From assembly GCA_934635225.1 (NCBI GenBank), contig CAKTYZ010000014.1, positions 25,597 to 89,596 of the forward strand: 64,000 bases of DNA, given 5' to 3'. The position numbers and the translations under genes were made by a program. The notes under the pieces are model-generated. The model made no database searches. It saw only the letters and a program-made list of their open reading frames with translations, and was not told the origin of the DNA. Of the stretch, positions 1 through 7,799 are shown piece after piece; the first letter of the stretch is position 1, and each line of letters opens with the position of its first letter. The DNA comes from an uncultured Kiritimatiellota bacterium (GTDB lineage: Bacteria; Verrucomicrobiota; Kiritimatiellia; RFP12; UBA1067).

Positions 1-159
1 GCGCCGACCTGCTGGGTCGCGCTTCAGCTGATGGTCTACTATCGGTATCTGCCGACATCCTCGAAGAAGGCGCGCGGCATCACGACAAAGACGGCGGAGA
101 AGGTCGAGCAAAAGCCAACGACCGCCGACAAGACCGTCGAGGTCGAAGTCGATATCTGA
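1..159 (+). CDS. 3' end of an upstream gene (partial, product unknown; hydrophobic then K/E/T-rich tail)
   Basis: Frame 1 is open from the window edge to TGA at 157-159 (..CWVALQLMVYYRYLPTSSKKARGITTKTAEKVEQKPTTADKTVEVEVDI*). No homology recognised. Confidence 0.3.
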   Translation, partial: APTCWVALQLMVYYRYLPTSSKKARGITTKTAEKVEQKPTTADKTVEVEVDI

Positions 160-324
160 GCGCCCACTTCCCTCTCCCCTCTTGCCCAAGAAAGCCGCTC
201 GTCTTGCCCGAGAGATCCACTTCTCTTGCGCGAGGCGCTGTGGTGACATGCCGCAGCGTCTGCGGAGCTTTGCGTCGAAATTCGCAAAAAGAAATTCAAA
301 AATCATGGTTGCCATGGGGATGGC

Positions 325-387
325 TCATCCATCCGCATGGAGGCGGCTCTTCCATCCGCATGGAGACACCTCATCCATCCGCATCGA
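325..387. repeat. Three direct repeats with core CCATCCGCAT at an exact 23-bp period
   Basis: Core CCATCCGCAT at 329-338, 352-361 and 375-384. Flanks are also similar (tcatccatccgcatggag / ttccatccgcatggag / tcatccatccgcatcga). Non-coding, about 170 bp upstream of the promoter box at 558-566. Confidence 0.7.
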
Positions 388-557
388 TTGACGCACCCGT
401 TCCAGGTCGTCCCCGGCATCTATGGGGTGGCGTTGTTCGCTTTTCTTCTTTGGTCCCCTCCCCCCTGGCCTTCCTCTCTTCTTTGCTGACCCGTTAGATA
501 TTACCATTTTCGGCGCGAGGCGCTGTTTTCGGGGCATTGTTTGTGAACATCAGAATA

Positions 558-566
558 TGGTATAAT
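558..566 (+). promoter_or_regulatory. Extended -10 promoter box TGGTATAAT (upstream of the polysaccharide cluster)
   Basis: Exact 9-mer TGGTATAAT in an intergenic region. The same 9-mer recurs before five other + strand operons in this window. Confidence 0.5.
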
Positions 567-940
567 GCTCTTGTCTTTCAAAGGGAGGATGAATAAGCAT
601 TAAAAGTTGAACGATAGACCGGTCGCGCTTCTGAGGCGGCCGGCTTCCCACGGGCGACAGGCCCGGAGCGGGAGATGCGCGGGGTGGGCAACCTAACCCG
701 GGCAGCGTACGCGAATCAGCGTATGACGCTTTAGGATAAACTTCGCCAAAGATTAGAGTAAAAGCGGAATACGGTGATCGCGCTGCGTGTGTATCCACAC
801 GTGGCGTGTTTCATCATCCATGTTTTTACTCGGGCGTTTGGCGATGCCTATCCTAAGACGTGGTGACATAGGAACACGCCACTCTTCTTTTTCGGCACGG
901 GTCGAGCGGCTTCTTGGGATTTCGTGCTGAAAGGAGAGAG

Positions 941-1717
941 ATGAAAGTTGTCATATTGGCGGGTGGCTTGGGCACGCGGCTCTCGGAGGAGACACGCCGC
1001 GTCCCGAAGCCGATGGTCGAGATCGGCGGCATGCCGATCCTGTGGCACATCATGAAGGAGTACGCGCACTACGGTCATACGGACTTCATCATCTGCGCGG
1101 GCTATCGGCAGGCTTGCATCAAAGACTGGTTTTCCAATTACTTTCTGCACAGTGCAGACGTCACGTTCGACTATCGCGGCGGTCAAAACGAGATGTCCGT
1201 GCGCGCGAGCGCGTGCGAACCGTGGCGTGTGACGGTTGTCGATACCGGCCTGAACACGATGACGGGCGGGCGGATTCGGCGTGTTCGGGACTATGTCGAA
1301 GGCGAGACGTTCCTAATGACTTACGGTGACGCGGTGTGTGATGTGGACATCGGGCGGCTTGTGCAGTTCCATCGGTCGCACGGCAAGGTCGCAACCCTGA
1401 CCGCCGTTCGGCTGGAACAGTCCAAGGGCGTTCTTGACATTGACGAGAACAATTCCGTTCGTGCGTTCCGCGAGAAGAGCGCGAGGGATTCGGCACCAAT
1501 CAACGCGGGCTACATGGTGCTGGAGCCCGCTGTCTTCGATTATCTCAGGGACGACGCAACGGTCTTTGAGCGTGAGCCGTTGGAGCGTTTGGCCGCTGAG
1601 GGTCAGCTCAAGAGCTTCGTCTTCAACGGATTTTGGCAATGCATGGACAATGCGCGCGAGCGGGACATGCTGGAGAGGATGCTGGCCTTGGGGAACGCGC
1701 CGTGGAAGGTCTGGTGA
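941..1717 (+). CDS. rfbF: Glucose-1-phosphate cytidylyltransferase
   Basis: N-terminus MKVVILAGGLGTRLSEETRRVPKPMVEIGGMPILWHIM is typical of RfbF/DdhA. SD aaaggagag lies before ATG 941, so the tracked ORF start at 914 is probably too early. Confidence 0.9.
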   Translation: MKVVILAGGLGTRLSEETRRVPKPMVEIGGMPILWHIMKEYAHYGHTDFIICAGYRQACIKDWFSNYFLHSADVTFDYRGGQNEMSVRASACEPWRVTVVDTGLNTMTGGRIRRVRDYVEGETFLMTYGDAVCDVDIGRLVQFHRSHGKVATLTAVRLEQSKGVLDIDENNSVRAFREKSARDSAPINAGYMVLEPAVFDYLRDDATVFEREPLERLAAEGQLKSFVFNGFWQCMDNARERDMLERMLALGNAPWKVW

Positions 1718-1722
1718 GACGG

Positions 1723-2808
1723 ATGGAAAACCTGGCCTGCTATCGGGGACGGAAGGTTCTTGTGACGGGGCACACGGGCTTCAAGGGCTCGTGGCTCTGC
1801 GAATGGCTGCTTGCGCGGGGGGCGGAAGTCTACGGGCTCTCGGACGGGATCCCGACGAGGCCTTCGCTGTTCACGCAACTGCGCCTTGCCCGCCGCGTCA
1901 AGATGGACTTGCGCGGTGATGTCCGCGACCGCGTGACGGTCCGCGAGGTTGTCGAGGCGGTTCGGCCCGAGTTCGTCTTCCATCTCGCGGCCCAGCCGCT
2001 TGTGCGTCTGTCGTATGCGGAGCCGGTCGAGACCTTTGACACGAACGTGATGGGGACGGTTCATGTCCTTGATGCCCTGCGCGGCCTCAAGGCGAAGTGC
2101 AGCGCCGTCTTCGTCACGACGGACAAGTGCTACGAGAACCGGGAGACGGCCCGTCCCTATCGAGAGGATGATCCGATGGGCGGCTATGATCCCTACAGTT
2201 GCTCGAAGGGGTGCGACGAACTCGTGATCAGCTCTTATCGCCGCTCGTTCTTCAACGACCCGTCTTCACCCGTTTGGGTTGCGAGCGCACGCGCAGGCAA
2301 CGTCATTGGCGGCGGCGACTGGGCGAAGGACCGCATCATCCCTGACTGCTTCCGCGCATTGCAGAAGGGTGCGGCGATACCCGTGCGCAACAAGGTCTCG
2401 ACGCGGCCGTGGCAGCATGTCCTTGAACCGCTTTCGGGTTACCTGACGCTGGGGGCGGCACTGGACGCGCGACAGAACTTCGCCGCCGTCGCGAGCGGCT
2501 TCAACTTCGGGCCGGACCCGCACGCGAGCCGGACGGTGAAGGCCGTCGTCGAGGAACTGTTGAAGCACACGGGCGGTCGGTGGATCGATCGAAGCGATCC
2601 GAATGCCGTCCATGAGGCGGGGCTTCTGAACCTTGACATCCGCAAGGCCGCCCGCGTTCTCGGCTGGAAGCCGCGCTGGAACTTCGCCGAGACGATCGCG
2701 AAGGTCGCCGCATGGTACGGAGGCGTGGCGAACGGCGAACGTCCGTTGGCGCTCACGCGGCAGCAGATCCGCGAGTTTGAGGAATTTGAGAAAGGAAACG
2801 ACAGATGA
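1723..2808 (+). CDS. rfbG: CDP-glucose 4,6-dehydratase
   Basis: VLVTGHTGFKGSWLCEWLL Rossmann motif and overall RfbG/DdhB-like sequence. Internal start M31 of the tracked ORF lies just after the rfbF stop. Confidence 0.9.
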   Translation: MENLACYRGRKVLVTGHTGFKGSWLCEWLLARGAEVYGLSDGIPTRPSLFTQLRLARRVKMDLRGDVRDRVTVREVVEAVRPEFVFHLAAQPLVRLSYAEPVETFDTNVMGTVHVLDALRGLKAKCSAVFVTTDKCYENRETARPYREDDPMGGYDPYSCSKGCDELVISSYRRSFFNDPSSPVWVASARAGNVIGGGDWAKDRIIPDCFRALQKGAAIPVRNKVSTRPWQHVLEPLSGYLTLGAALDARQNFAAVASGFNFGPDPHASRTVKAVVEELLKHTGGRWIDRSDPNAVHEAGLLNLDIRKAARVLGWKPRWNFAETIAKVAAWYGGVANGERPLALTRQQIREFEEFEKGNDR

Positions 2809-4136
2809 ACGCAGAGGAACTGAAACAGGACATTCTCAAGAAGGTCGAGGAATACTACAGGCTCGTCCATGAGCCTCGGCAGAATGCCGCGTTCGAGCCG
2901 GGCAAGAGCCGCGTCAACTACGCGGGCCGCGTCTTTGATGCGAAGGAGATGACGAACCTCGTCGATTCGGCGCTGGAGTTTTGGCTGACCTACGGACGCT
3001 GGTCGAAGGCCTTCGAGCAGGGGTTGGCCCGCTATCTCGGCGTGCGTTTCGCGCTGTTCGTCAACTCCGGTTCGTCGGCGAATCTCCTTGCCTTCATGAC
3101 GCTCACTTCGCCGCTTCTGGGCGAGCGTCGGGTGATGCGCGGCGACGAGGTGATCACGGTTGCGGCGGGCTTTCCGACGACGGTCGCGCCCCTCGTCCAG
3201 TACGGAGCCGTTCCCGTCTTTGTGGACATTGATCTGGAGACGGCGAACGTTGACGTCTCTCGGCTGGAGGCGGCCGTCTCGCCGAAGACGAAGGCCGTCA
3301 TGCTCGCCCACACGCTTGGGAACCCCTTCGACGTCAAGGCGGTGAAGGCGTTTTGCAAGCGGCATGGTCTCTGGCTCATCGAGGACAACTGCGACGCGCT
3401 GGGTTCGCGGTATGCGGGAAGGCTCACGGGGACGTGGGGCGACCTTGGCACGTCGTCGTTCTATCCGCCCCACCACCTGACGACGGGCGAGGGCGGCGCG
3501 GTCTACACGAACGACCCGACGCTCAGGAAGATCGCGCTTTCCATCCGAGACTGGGGGCGCGACTGCTGGTGCGAGTCGGGCGTGGACAACACCTGCGGCT
3601 GCCGTTTCACGAAGCAGTTCGGGCGGCTGCCGCTCGGCTACGACCACAAGTACGTCTATTCGCACTTCGGCTATAACCTCAAGTGCACCGACCTGCAGGC
3701 CGCCGTCGGATGCGCCCAGCTGGAGAAGTTTCCGTCATTCGTCGAGAGCCGCAAGGCGAACTACGTGCGCCTTTACGACGGGTTGAAGGACCTGCCGCAA
3801 CTCAGAATCTTCCGTCCGCTTCCCGAGGCGGACCCGAGCTGGTTCGGCTTCCTGATGACGGTGCAGAAGGGGGCGGGCTTCACCCGCAACGACTTGGCGC
3901 AGCATCTGGAGGCTGCGAACATCCAGACGCGCAACCTCTTCGCCGGCAATCTCACGCGGCATCCGTGCATGGACGCGCTGGTCGAAGGCGTGGACTACCG
4001 AATCGCGGGCGACTTGACGAACACCGATACGATCATGAACGATTCTCTCTGGATCGGACTTTACCCCGGCATGGGCGAGACGCGGCTCGACTGCATGGTC
4101 AAGACGATTCGCGCGTTCTGCGGGAAGGGTTGCTGA
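2805..4136 (+). CDS. rfbH: CDP-4-keto-6-deoxy-D-glucose 3-dehydrase (E1-type, DegT/RfbH family)
   Basis: DegT-family fold motif SFYPPHHLTTGEGG has His at the usual PLP-lysine position. An exact C-X57-C-X1-C-X7-C cysteine pattern is present (Cys codons 3390-3596). ATGA overlap with the rfbG stop. Confidence 0.9.
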   Translation: MNAEELKQDILKKVEEYYRLVHEPRQNAAFEPGKSRVNYAGRVFDAKEMTNLVDSALEFWLTYGRWSKAFEQGLARYLGVRFALFVNSGSSANLLAFMTLTSPLLGERRVMRGDEVITVAAGFPTTVAPLVQYGAVPVFVDIDLETANVDVSRLEAAVSPKTKAVMLAHTLGNPFDVKAVKAFCKRHGLWLIEDNCDALGSRYAGRLTGTWGDLGTSSFYPPHHLTTGEGGAVYTNDPTLRKIALSIRDWGRDCWCESGVDNTCGCRFTKQFGRLPLGYDHKYVYSHFGYNLKCTDLQAAVGCAQLEKFPSFVESRKANYVRLYDGLKDLPQLRIFRPLPEADPSWFGFLMTVQKGAGFTRNDLAQHLEAANIQTRNLFAGNLTRHPCMDALVEGVDYRIAGDLTNTDTIMNDSLWIGLYPGMGETRLDCMVKTIRAFCGKGC

Positions 4137-4159
4137 GTGAGAAATTCGTTAGGCTGACG

Positions 4160-5848
4160 ATGAAAGCTTCTGATCGTATAGTTAGATTTCTTGAGCGCCA
4201 AGGCATTGAATATGTGTTTGGCTATCAAGGTGGAATGATCACGCATCTTGTTGATTCCTTGAGCAAGAGCAAGCGTGTCCGATTTGTCCCTTGCTATCAT
4301 GAGCAATCGGCGGCTTTTGCGGCTGAAGGGTATGCTCGGGCGACGGGCCGGATCGGCGTCTGCCTGACAACGAGTGGACCTGGCGCAACGAACACGGTGA
4401 CGAGCGTCGGGAATGCTTACTTTGACTCCGTCCCAGTGCTTTACATCACAGGGCAGGTCAATGCCTATGAGTACAAGTACGATAAGAGAATACGCCAGCA
4501 GGGATTTCAAGAGACGGATATCGTCTCGATTGCTCGTCCGATTGCAAAGGCCGTTAAGTTGGCCGATGATCCGACACGGCTGATGCTGGATTTGCGTCAG
4601 CTTGTCGAGATTGCGATTTCCGGACGCAAGGGTCCCGTGTTGCTGGATTTGCCGATGAATGTCCAACGCGCGGACATTGCAGATGGGGATGATGCTCCTG
4701 TAAAGGAGTTGCCGCTAACGGAAAACCTTTCGGCAGATGGTGCAAAGGAAATCGCATCGGTCTTCTCTTCGGCTAATCGCCCCCTGGTTCTGTGTGGCGG
4801 CGGCCTTGCCAAGCGAGAAGTGCGCGAGGCCGCGAGAGCGTTCTTGCGTGAGTCAGGATATCCGTATGTGGTTTCTTTGATGGGGAAAGGTCTCGTTGAC
4901 GAAACCAACGTGAATTGCCTGGGCATGATAGGGAGCTATGGAAACCGATGCGCAAACATGGCTTTGGCGCGGGCGGATGTGGTTTTGGCGTTGGGCTCTC
5001 GGCTTGATCTTCGGCAGACGGGAAACCGCAAGTCCGAGTTGCTGAAAAACATAAAATTCATTCGGATAGATGTGGATTCTTCTGAGCTTGAAGAGAATAG
5101 GCTTCCGAATCAGCTTGCCTTTAAAGGCGATTGCGCGACATTTTTGAGTTCCGCTTATGCACGGCAACTTAAATGTTCTCAAACTTTGTGGTGCGATTTT
5201 GCACAGTCCCTCAAGGCGAGATTTTCCCAAGAAAATGATGTTGAGCGGTTTGTTGAGAAGACATTGCCGTACGACATAATGAATCGAATTGGGAGTTTGG
5301 CGACAGAACGTGATGATTTTGTCGTTGACATCGGACAGAATCAGATGTGGGCGGCTCAGATGTTGAGACCGAACGGCTGCCAGATGTTCCTGACCAGCGG
5401 CGGCATGGCACCTATGGGTTATGCTGTACCAGCCGCGGTCGGCATGGCTTTTGCCAATCCCAACCGCCATGTCTACTGCCTTTGCGGTGACGGGGGACTT
5501 CATATCGCCGTCCAGTCTCTGCTGTTGATTTCTCAATATCGACTTCCTGTGACTGTAGTCGTCTTCAACAATCAGGCGCTCGGGATGATTACGCAGTTTC
5601 AGCGTCTGTATTTTGACTCGAATATGGCGGGGACGACAAAGGATGGCGGGTATTGTGTTCCGTCATTTTCTGACCTTGCGGCCGCTTATGGCTTGCGCTA
5701 TTCATGTGTCACTGAGACAGGAGGGTTTCCGAGATGTTGCAGAGGAGGCGAGTTGATCGAAGTAAAGCTTGACGGGCTTACGGCAGTCGTTCCGAAACTT
5801 GAGTTCAGCAAAGACCTCAACGACATGACCCCCTCAATTGTGGAATGA
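4160..5848 (+). CDS. Thiamine-diphosphate-dependent enzyme, acetolactate-synthase large-subunit family (YerE-like sugar C-branching enzyme is the context-based guess)
   Basis: N-terminus MKASDRIVRFLERQGIEYVFGYQGG, TTSGPGATN, and the ThDP motif GDGGLHIAVQSLLLISQYRLPVTVVVFNN (5486-5572). The upstream part of the tracked ORF (3683-4159) overlaps rfbH out of frame and is rejected. Confidence 0.8.
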   Translation: MKASDRIVRFLERQGIEYVFGYQGGMITHLVDSLSKSKRVRFVPCYHEQSAAFAAEGYARATGRIGVCLTTSGPGATNTVTSVGNAYFDSVPVLYITGQVNAYEYKYDKRIRQQGFQETDIVSIARPIAKAVKLADDPTRLMLDLRQLVEIAISGRKGPVLLDLPMNVQRADIADGDDAPVKELPLTENLSADGAKEIASVFSSANRPLVLCGGGLAKREVREAARAFLRESGYPYVVSLMGKGLVDETNVNCLGMIGSYGNRCANMALARADVVLALGSRLDLRQTGNRKSELLKNIKFIRIDVDSSELEENRLPNQLAFKGDCATFLSSAYARQLKCSQTLWCDFAQSLKARFSQENDVERFVEKTLPYDIMNRIGSLATERDDFVVDIGQNQMWAAQMLRPNGCQMFLTSGGMAPMGYAVPAAVGMAFANPNRHVYCLCGDGGLHIAVQSLLLISQYRLPVTVVVFNNQALGMITQFQRLYFDSNMAGTTKDGGYCVPSFSDLAAAYGLRYSCVTETGGFPRCCRGGELIEVKLDGLTAVVPKLEFSKDLNDMTPSIVE

Positions 5849-5901
5849 GTGTGGTATGCGGAGCGTGATTCCTTTTAGACAAACTCATTAGAAAGGCTTT
5901 G

Positions 5902-6876
5902 ATGGAAAACATCTCAAAGGATGACCTTGATGTCATGGTCGTTACGTACAACAGGGCCGAGCTGTTGCGAATCCAGCTTGAATCACTCTGTTTGCAGACA
6001 GTTCGCGGATTGAACATCATCATTGTTGACAACGCTTCAACTGACAATACGCGAGATGTTGTCGAGCAAATGCGCAATTCGCATCCTGAGCATACAATCC
6101 GTCTCGAAAGGGCGTCTCGGCATTCGGATTCAAATGCTGAGAGTTTTCGTCGTACGCAGCAACTTGCCGAAAGGCCGTATGTCGCGGTATTTCACGATGA
6201 TGACGTCATACATCCGCAGTACATAGAAAAGGTGTTGTCAGTCTTGACGCGCGTTCGCGGCGTGGTTGGAGTCTCATGCAATTATAAGTCTATGTTTTGT
6301 TGCGATGGCGCAAATTGGACTGCGGTCGGCGATCGTTGCTGGGCATATCCGCAGCATTTGGCGCCGTATCTCTATTTGGCCGGTGGGCGCTTCTGCTTTG
6401 CCGCAATGGTCTACCGTACGGACGTGTACAAGCAACTTGAGATTGCTCCGGAGCGATACGGAAAATTATTCGACCACGCCATGCTGTTGAGTCTGTCGCA
6501 AAAGGGGATTGTTGTTAAATTTCGCGATCCCATGATTCGGTATCGCTTGCACGCCGGTTCAGACTCTTCAAATCTGAACAACGCGCCTACCGTTGAGAAT
6601 CTCGTGAATCTCCTGAGTTTTGCGCAGAATGTCTTAAACCATGCTGGTTGGCCGCGTTTCTTTTCCAAATGTCATGTTTATGAATACGGGAGAGAGATTT
6701 TTAAGTGGTCAAAGTTGGCACATGTGTCTTGGAATCAGTTTCGCGTGAAATGTGCGGACGCGAAAGTGTCTTCAGATCTGTTTTCGCGATGTTACAAGAT
6801 AGCCATTGTGAGAAGGGTGATGCGGCATCTTGTGAAAGGGTGTGATCGGCTGCTTTTGAGAACGCTCAGAAAATGA
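5902..6876 (+). CDS. Glycosyltransferase family 2
   Basis: DVMVVTYNRAELLRIQLESLCLQT..IIIVDNASTDNT and a later HDDD motif, as in GT2. Confidence 0.8.
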   Translation: MENISKDDLDVMVVTYNRAELLRIQLESLCLQTVRGLNIIIVDNASTDNTRDVVEQMRNSHPEHTIRLERASRHSDSNAESFRRTQQLAERPYVAVFHDDDVIHPQYIEKVLSVLTRVRGVVGVSCNYKSMFCCDGANWTAVGDRCWAYPQHLAPYLYLAGGRFCFAAMVYRTDVYKQLEIAPERYGKLFDHAMLLSLSQKGIVVKFRDPMIRYRLHAGSDSSNLNNAPTVENLVNLLSFAQNVLNHAGWPRFFSKCHVYEYGREIFKWSKLAHVSWNQFRVKCADAKVSSDLFSRCYKIAIVRRVMRHLVKGCDRLLLRTLRK

Positions 6877-6894
6877 AATGCATGTTTAGGCCTT

Positions 6895-7755
6895 ATGAAT
6901 GAACGTGTCCTTTTGTCAATTTGCATTCCGACTTACAACGGCTCTCGTTTCTTGTCGGAGACTGTCGAGAATGTCGTTTCTCAGATTGAAGATGCGGACG
7001 CGGAGAATGCGATAGAGGTCATTGTCTGTGATAATGCGTCAGAGGATCGGGTCCCGGAAATCGCTCGGGAATGGATGCTAAGGCGACCTGCGCTTGTCAA
7101 GTATGTTCGGAATGCCCGAAATCTTGGCTTTAATGGGAATGTCGACAGGGCCTTAAGTGAAAGCCGAGGCAAGTACGTTCATCTTCTTGGTGATGATGAT
7201 TTGTATTGCAAGGGCGGTTTGCGGACTCTTCTGAATGTTTTGCGTGCCCATGATTATAGCCTGATTGTCCTCAGCAATTTATGGTTGAACGCTACCGATG
7301 CAGCGTATTTGCCTCGCGCGGCTCGTGATGGCAACTTTCCGGCAGGGAAGGCTGTTGTGGACAGAGACGTGTTCCTTCGAGAGGTATTGTGTCGTTGTTG
7401 GGCGGTCTCAAATGTGGTTCTCAAGCGAGATGTGGCATGTCGGTGTCATCCTTCACAGGTTGCGGATTGGAGGCATCTTGATTTGGCGATAGAGGTCATG
7501 GCATTGGAATCAAAGTGCTTTTTGATGCCGGACGCAAACCCTTCCCTGATGATCAGGCTGGGCAATCAAAGGTGGCTTAACTGCGATGCTATGGGGGGCA
7601 TTTATGAAAACTTGGGCAATTCAATTGATGTTCGGAATCCCATGTTTTGGGGAAAGAACAGGGTTCAAAGGCTGTTTAGATATTGGAAGATGCTGTGGTT
7701 TTGTCCTAAGTTTTACGGAAAGATGCTAAAGGGCTTCTTGTTCCCAAAAGAATAA
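6895..7755 (+). CDS. Glycosyltransferase family 2
   Basis: LSICIPTYNGSRFLSETVENVVSQ..VIVCDNASEDR and LLGDDD motifs. Confidence 0.8.
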   Translation: MNERVLLSICIPTYNGSRFLSETVENVVSQIEDADAENAIEVIVCDNASEDRVPEIAREWMLRRPALVKYVRNARNLGFNGNVDRALSESRGKYVHLLGDDDLYCKGGLRTLLNVLRAHDYSLIVLSNLWLNATDAAYLPRAARDGNFPAGKAVVDRDVFLREVLCRCWAVSNVVLKRDVACRCHPSQVADWRHLDLAIEVMALESKCFLMPDANPSLMIRLGNQRWLNCDAMGGIYENLGNSIDVRNPMFWGKNRVQRLFRYWKMLWFCPKFYGKMLKGFLFPKE

Positions 7756-7799
7756 CATGGCGATCTCGATGCTTCGTATTGCCATTTACTTGTTGATAA

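Noticed and set aside
204-497. ORFs at 182-391, 204-497 and 325-537 in the first 540 bp.
   Set aside because: They overlap one another, span the phased DNA repeats (which produce the HPHGG-type peptide repeats), lack an SD and have no family resemblance. The region is better explained as regulatory or non-coding.
589-603. Four-codon mini-ORF (ATG AAT AAG CAT TAA) right after GGGAGG in the leader of the sugar cluster, considered as a possible leader peptide.
   Set aside because: The SD-like GGGAGG abuts the ATG with no spacer, so ribosome positioning is implausible. Four codons with no regulatory-codon pattern is not evidence for attenuation.
567-940. Considered whether this long non-coding stretch is RNase P RNA, tmRNA, SRP RNA, 6S RNA or a cobalamin riboswitch.
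   Set aside because: None of the signature sequences I know are present: the GGAAAGTCCGGGC-type RNase P core, the tmRNA GGGG...TCCACCA ends, the SRP GGAAGCAG hairpin or the B12 box. Left as an unexplained leader.
2439-3665. Long antisense or out-of-frame ORFs throughout the window. Examples: 2439-3665(-), 7713-9176(-), 11980-13416(-), 17135-18757(-), 20295-21716(+), 25111-26829(-), 27952-29451(-), 32266-33960(-), 34482-36749(-), 39773-41839(-), 44824-46251(-), 48454-49863(-), 53189-55939(-), 56042-57499(-) and 62155-63645(-).
   Set aside because: Each lies opposite, or out of frame with, a gene that has strong family motifs. Their translations are Arg/Ala/Gly/Pro-rich low-complexity strings typical of stop-codon-poor alternative frames in high-GC DNA, and none shows a recognisable motif.
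3683-4159. N-terminal 159-aa extension of the ThDP-enzyme ORF as given in the ORF track. The same applies to the extensions at 1633, 11307, 12127, 17258, 18702, 28390, 31603, 48256, 49656, 51038 and 58856.
   Set aside because: The extensions overlap the preceding gene in another frame and are Arg/Gly-rich. In each case an internal ATG with an SD, a promoter box or a signal peptide starts the recognisable protein.
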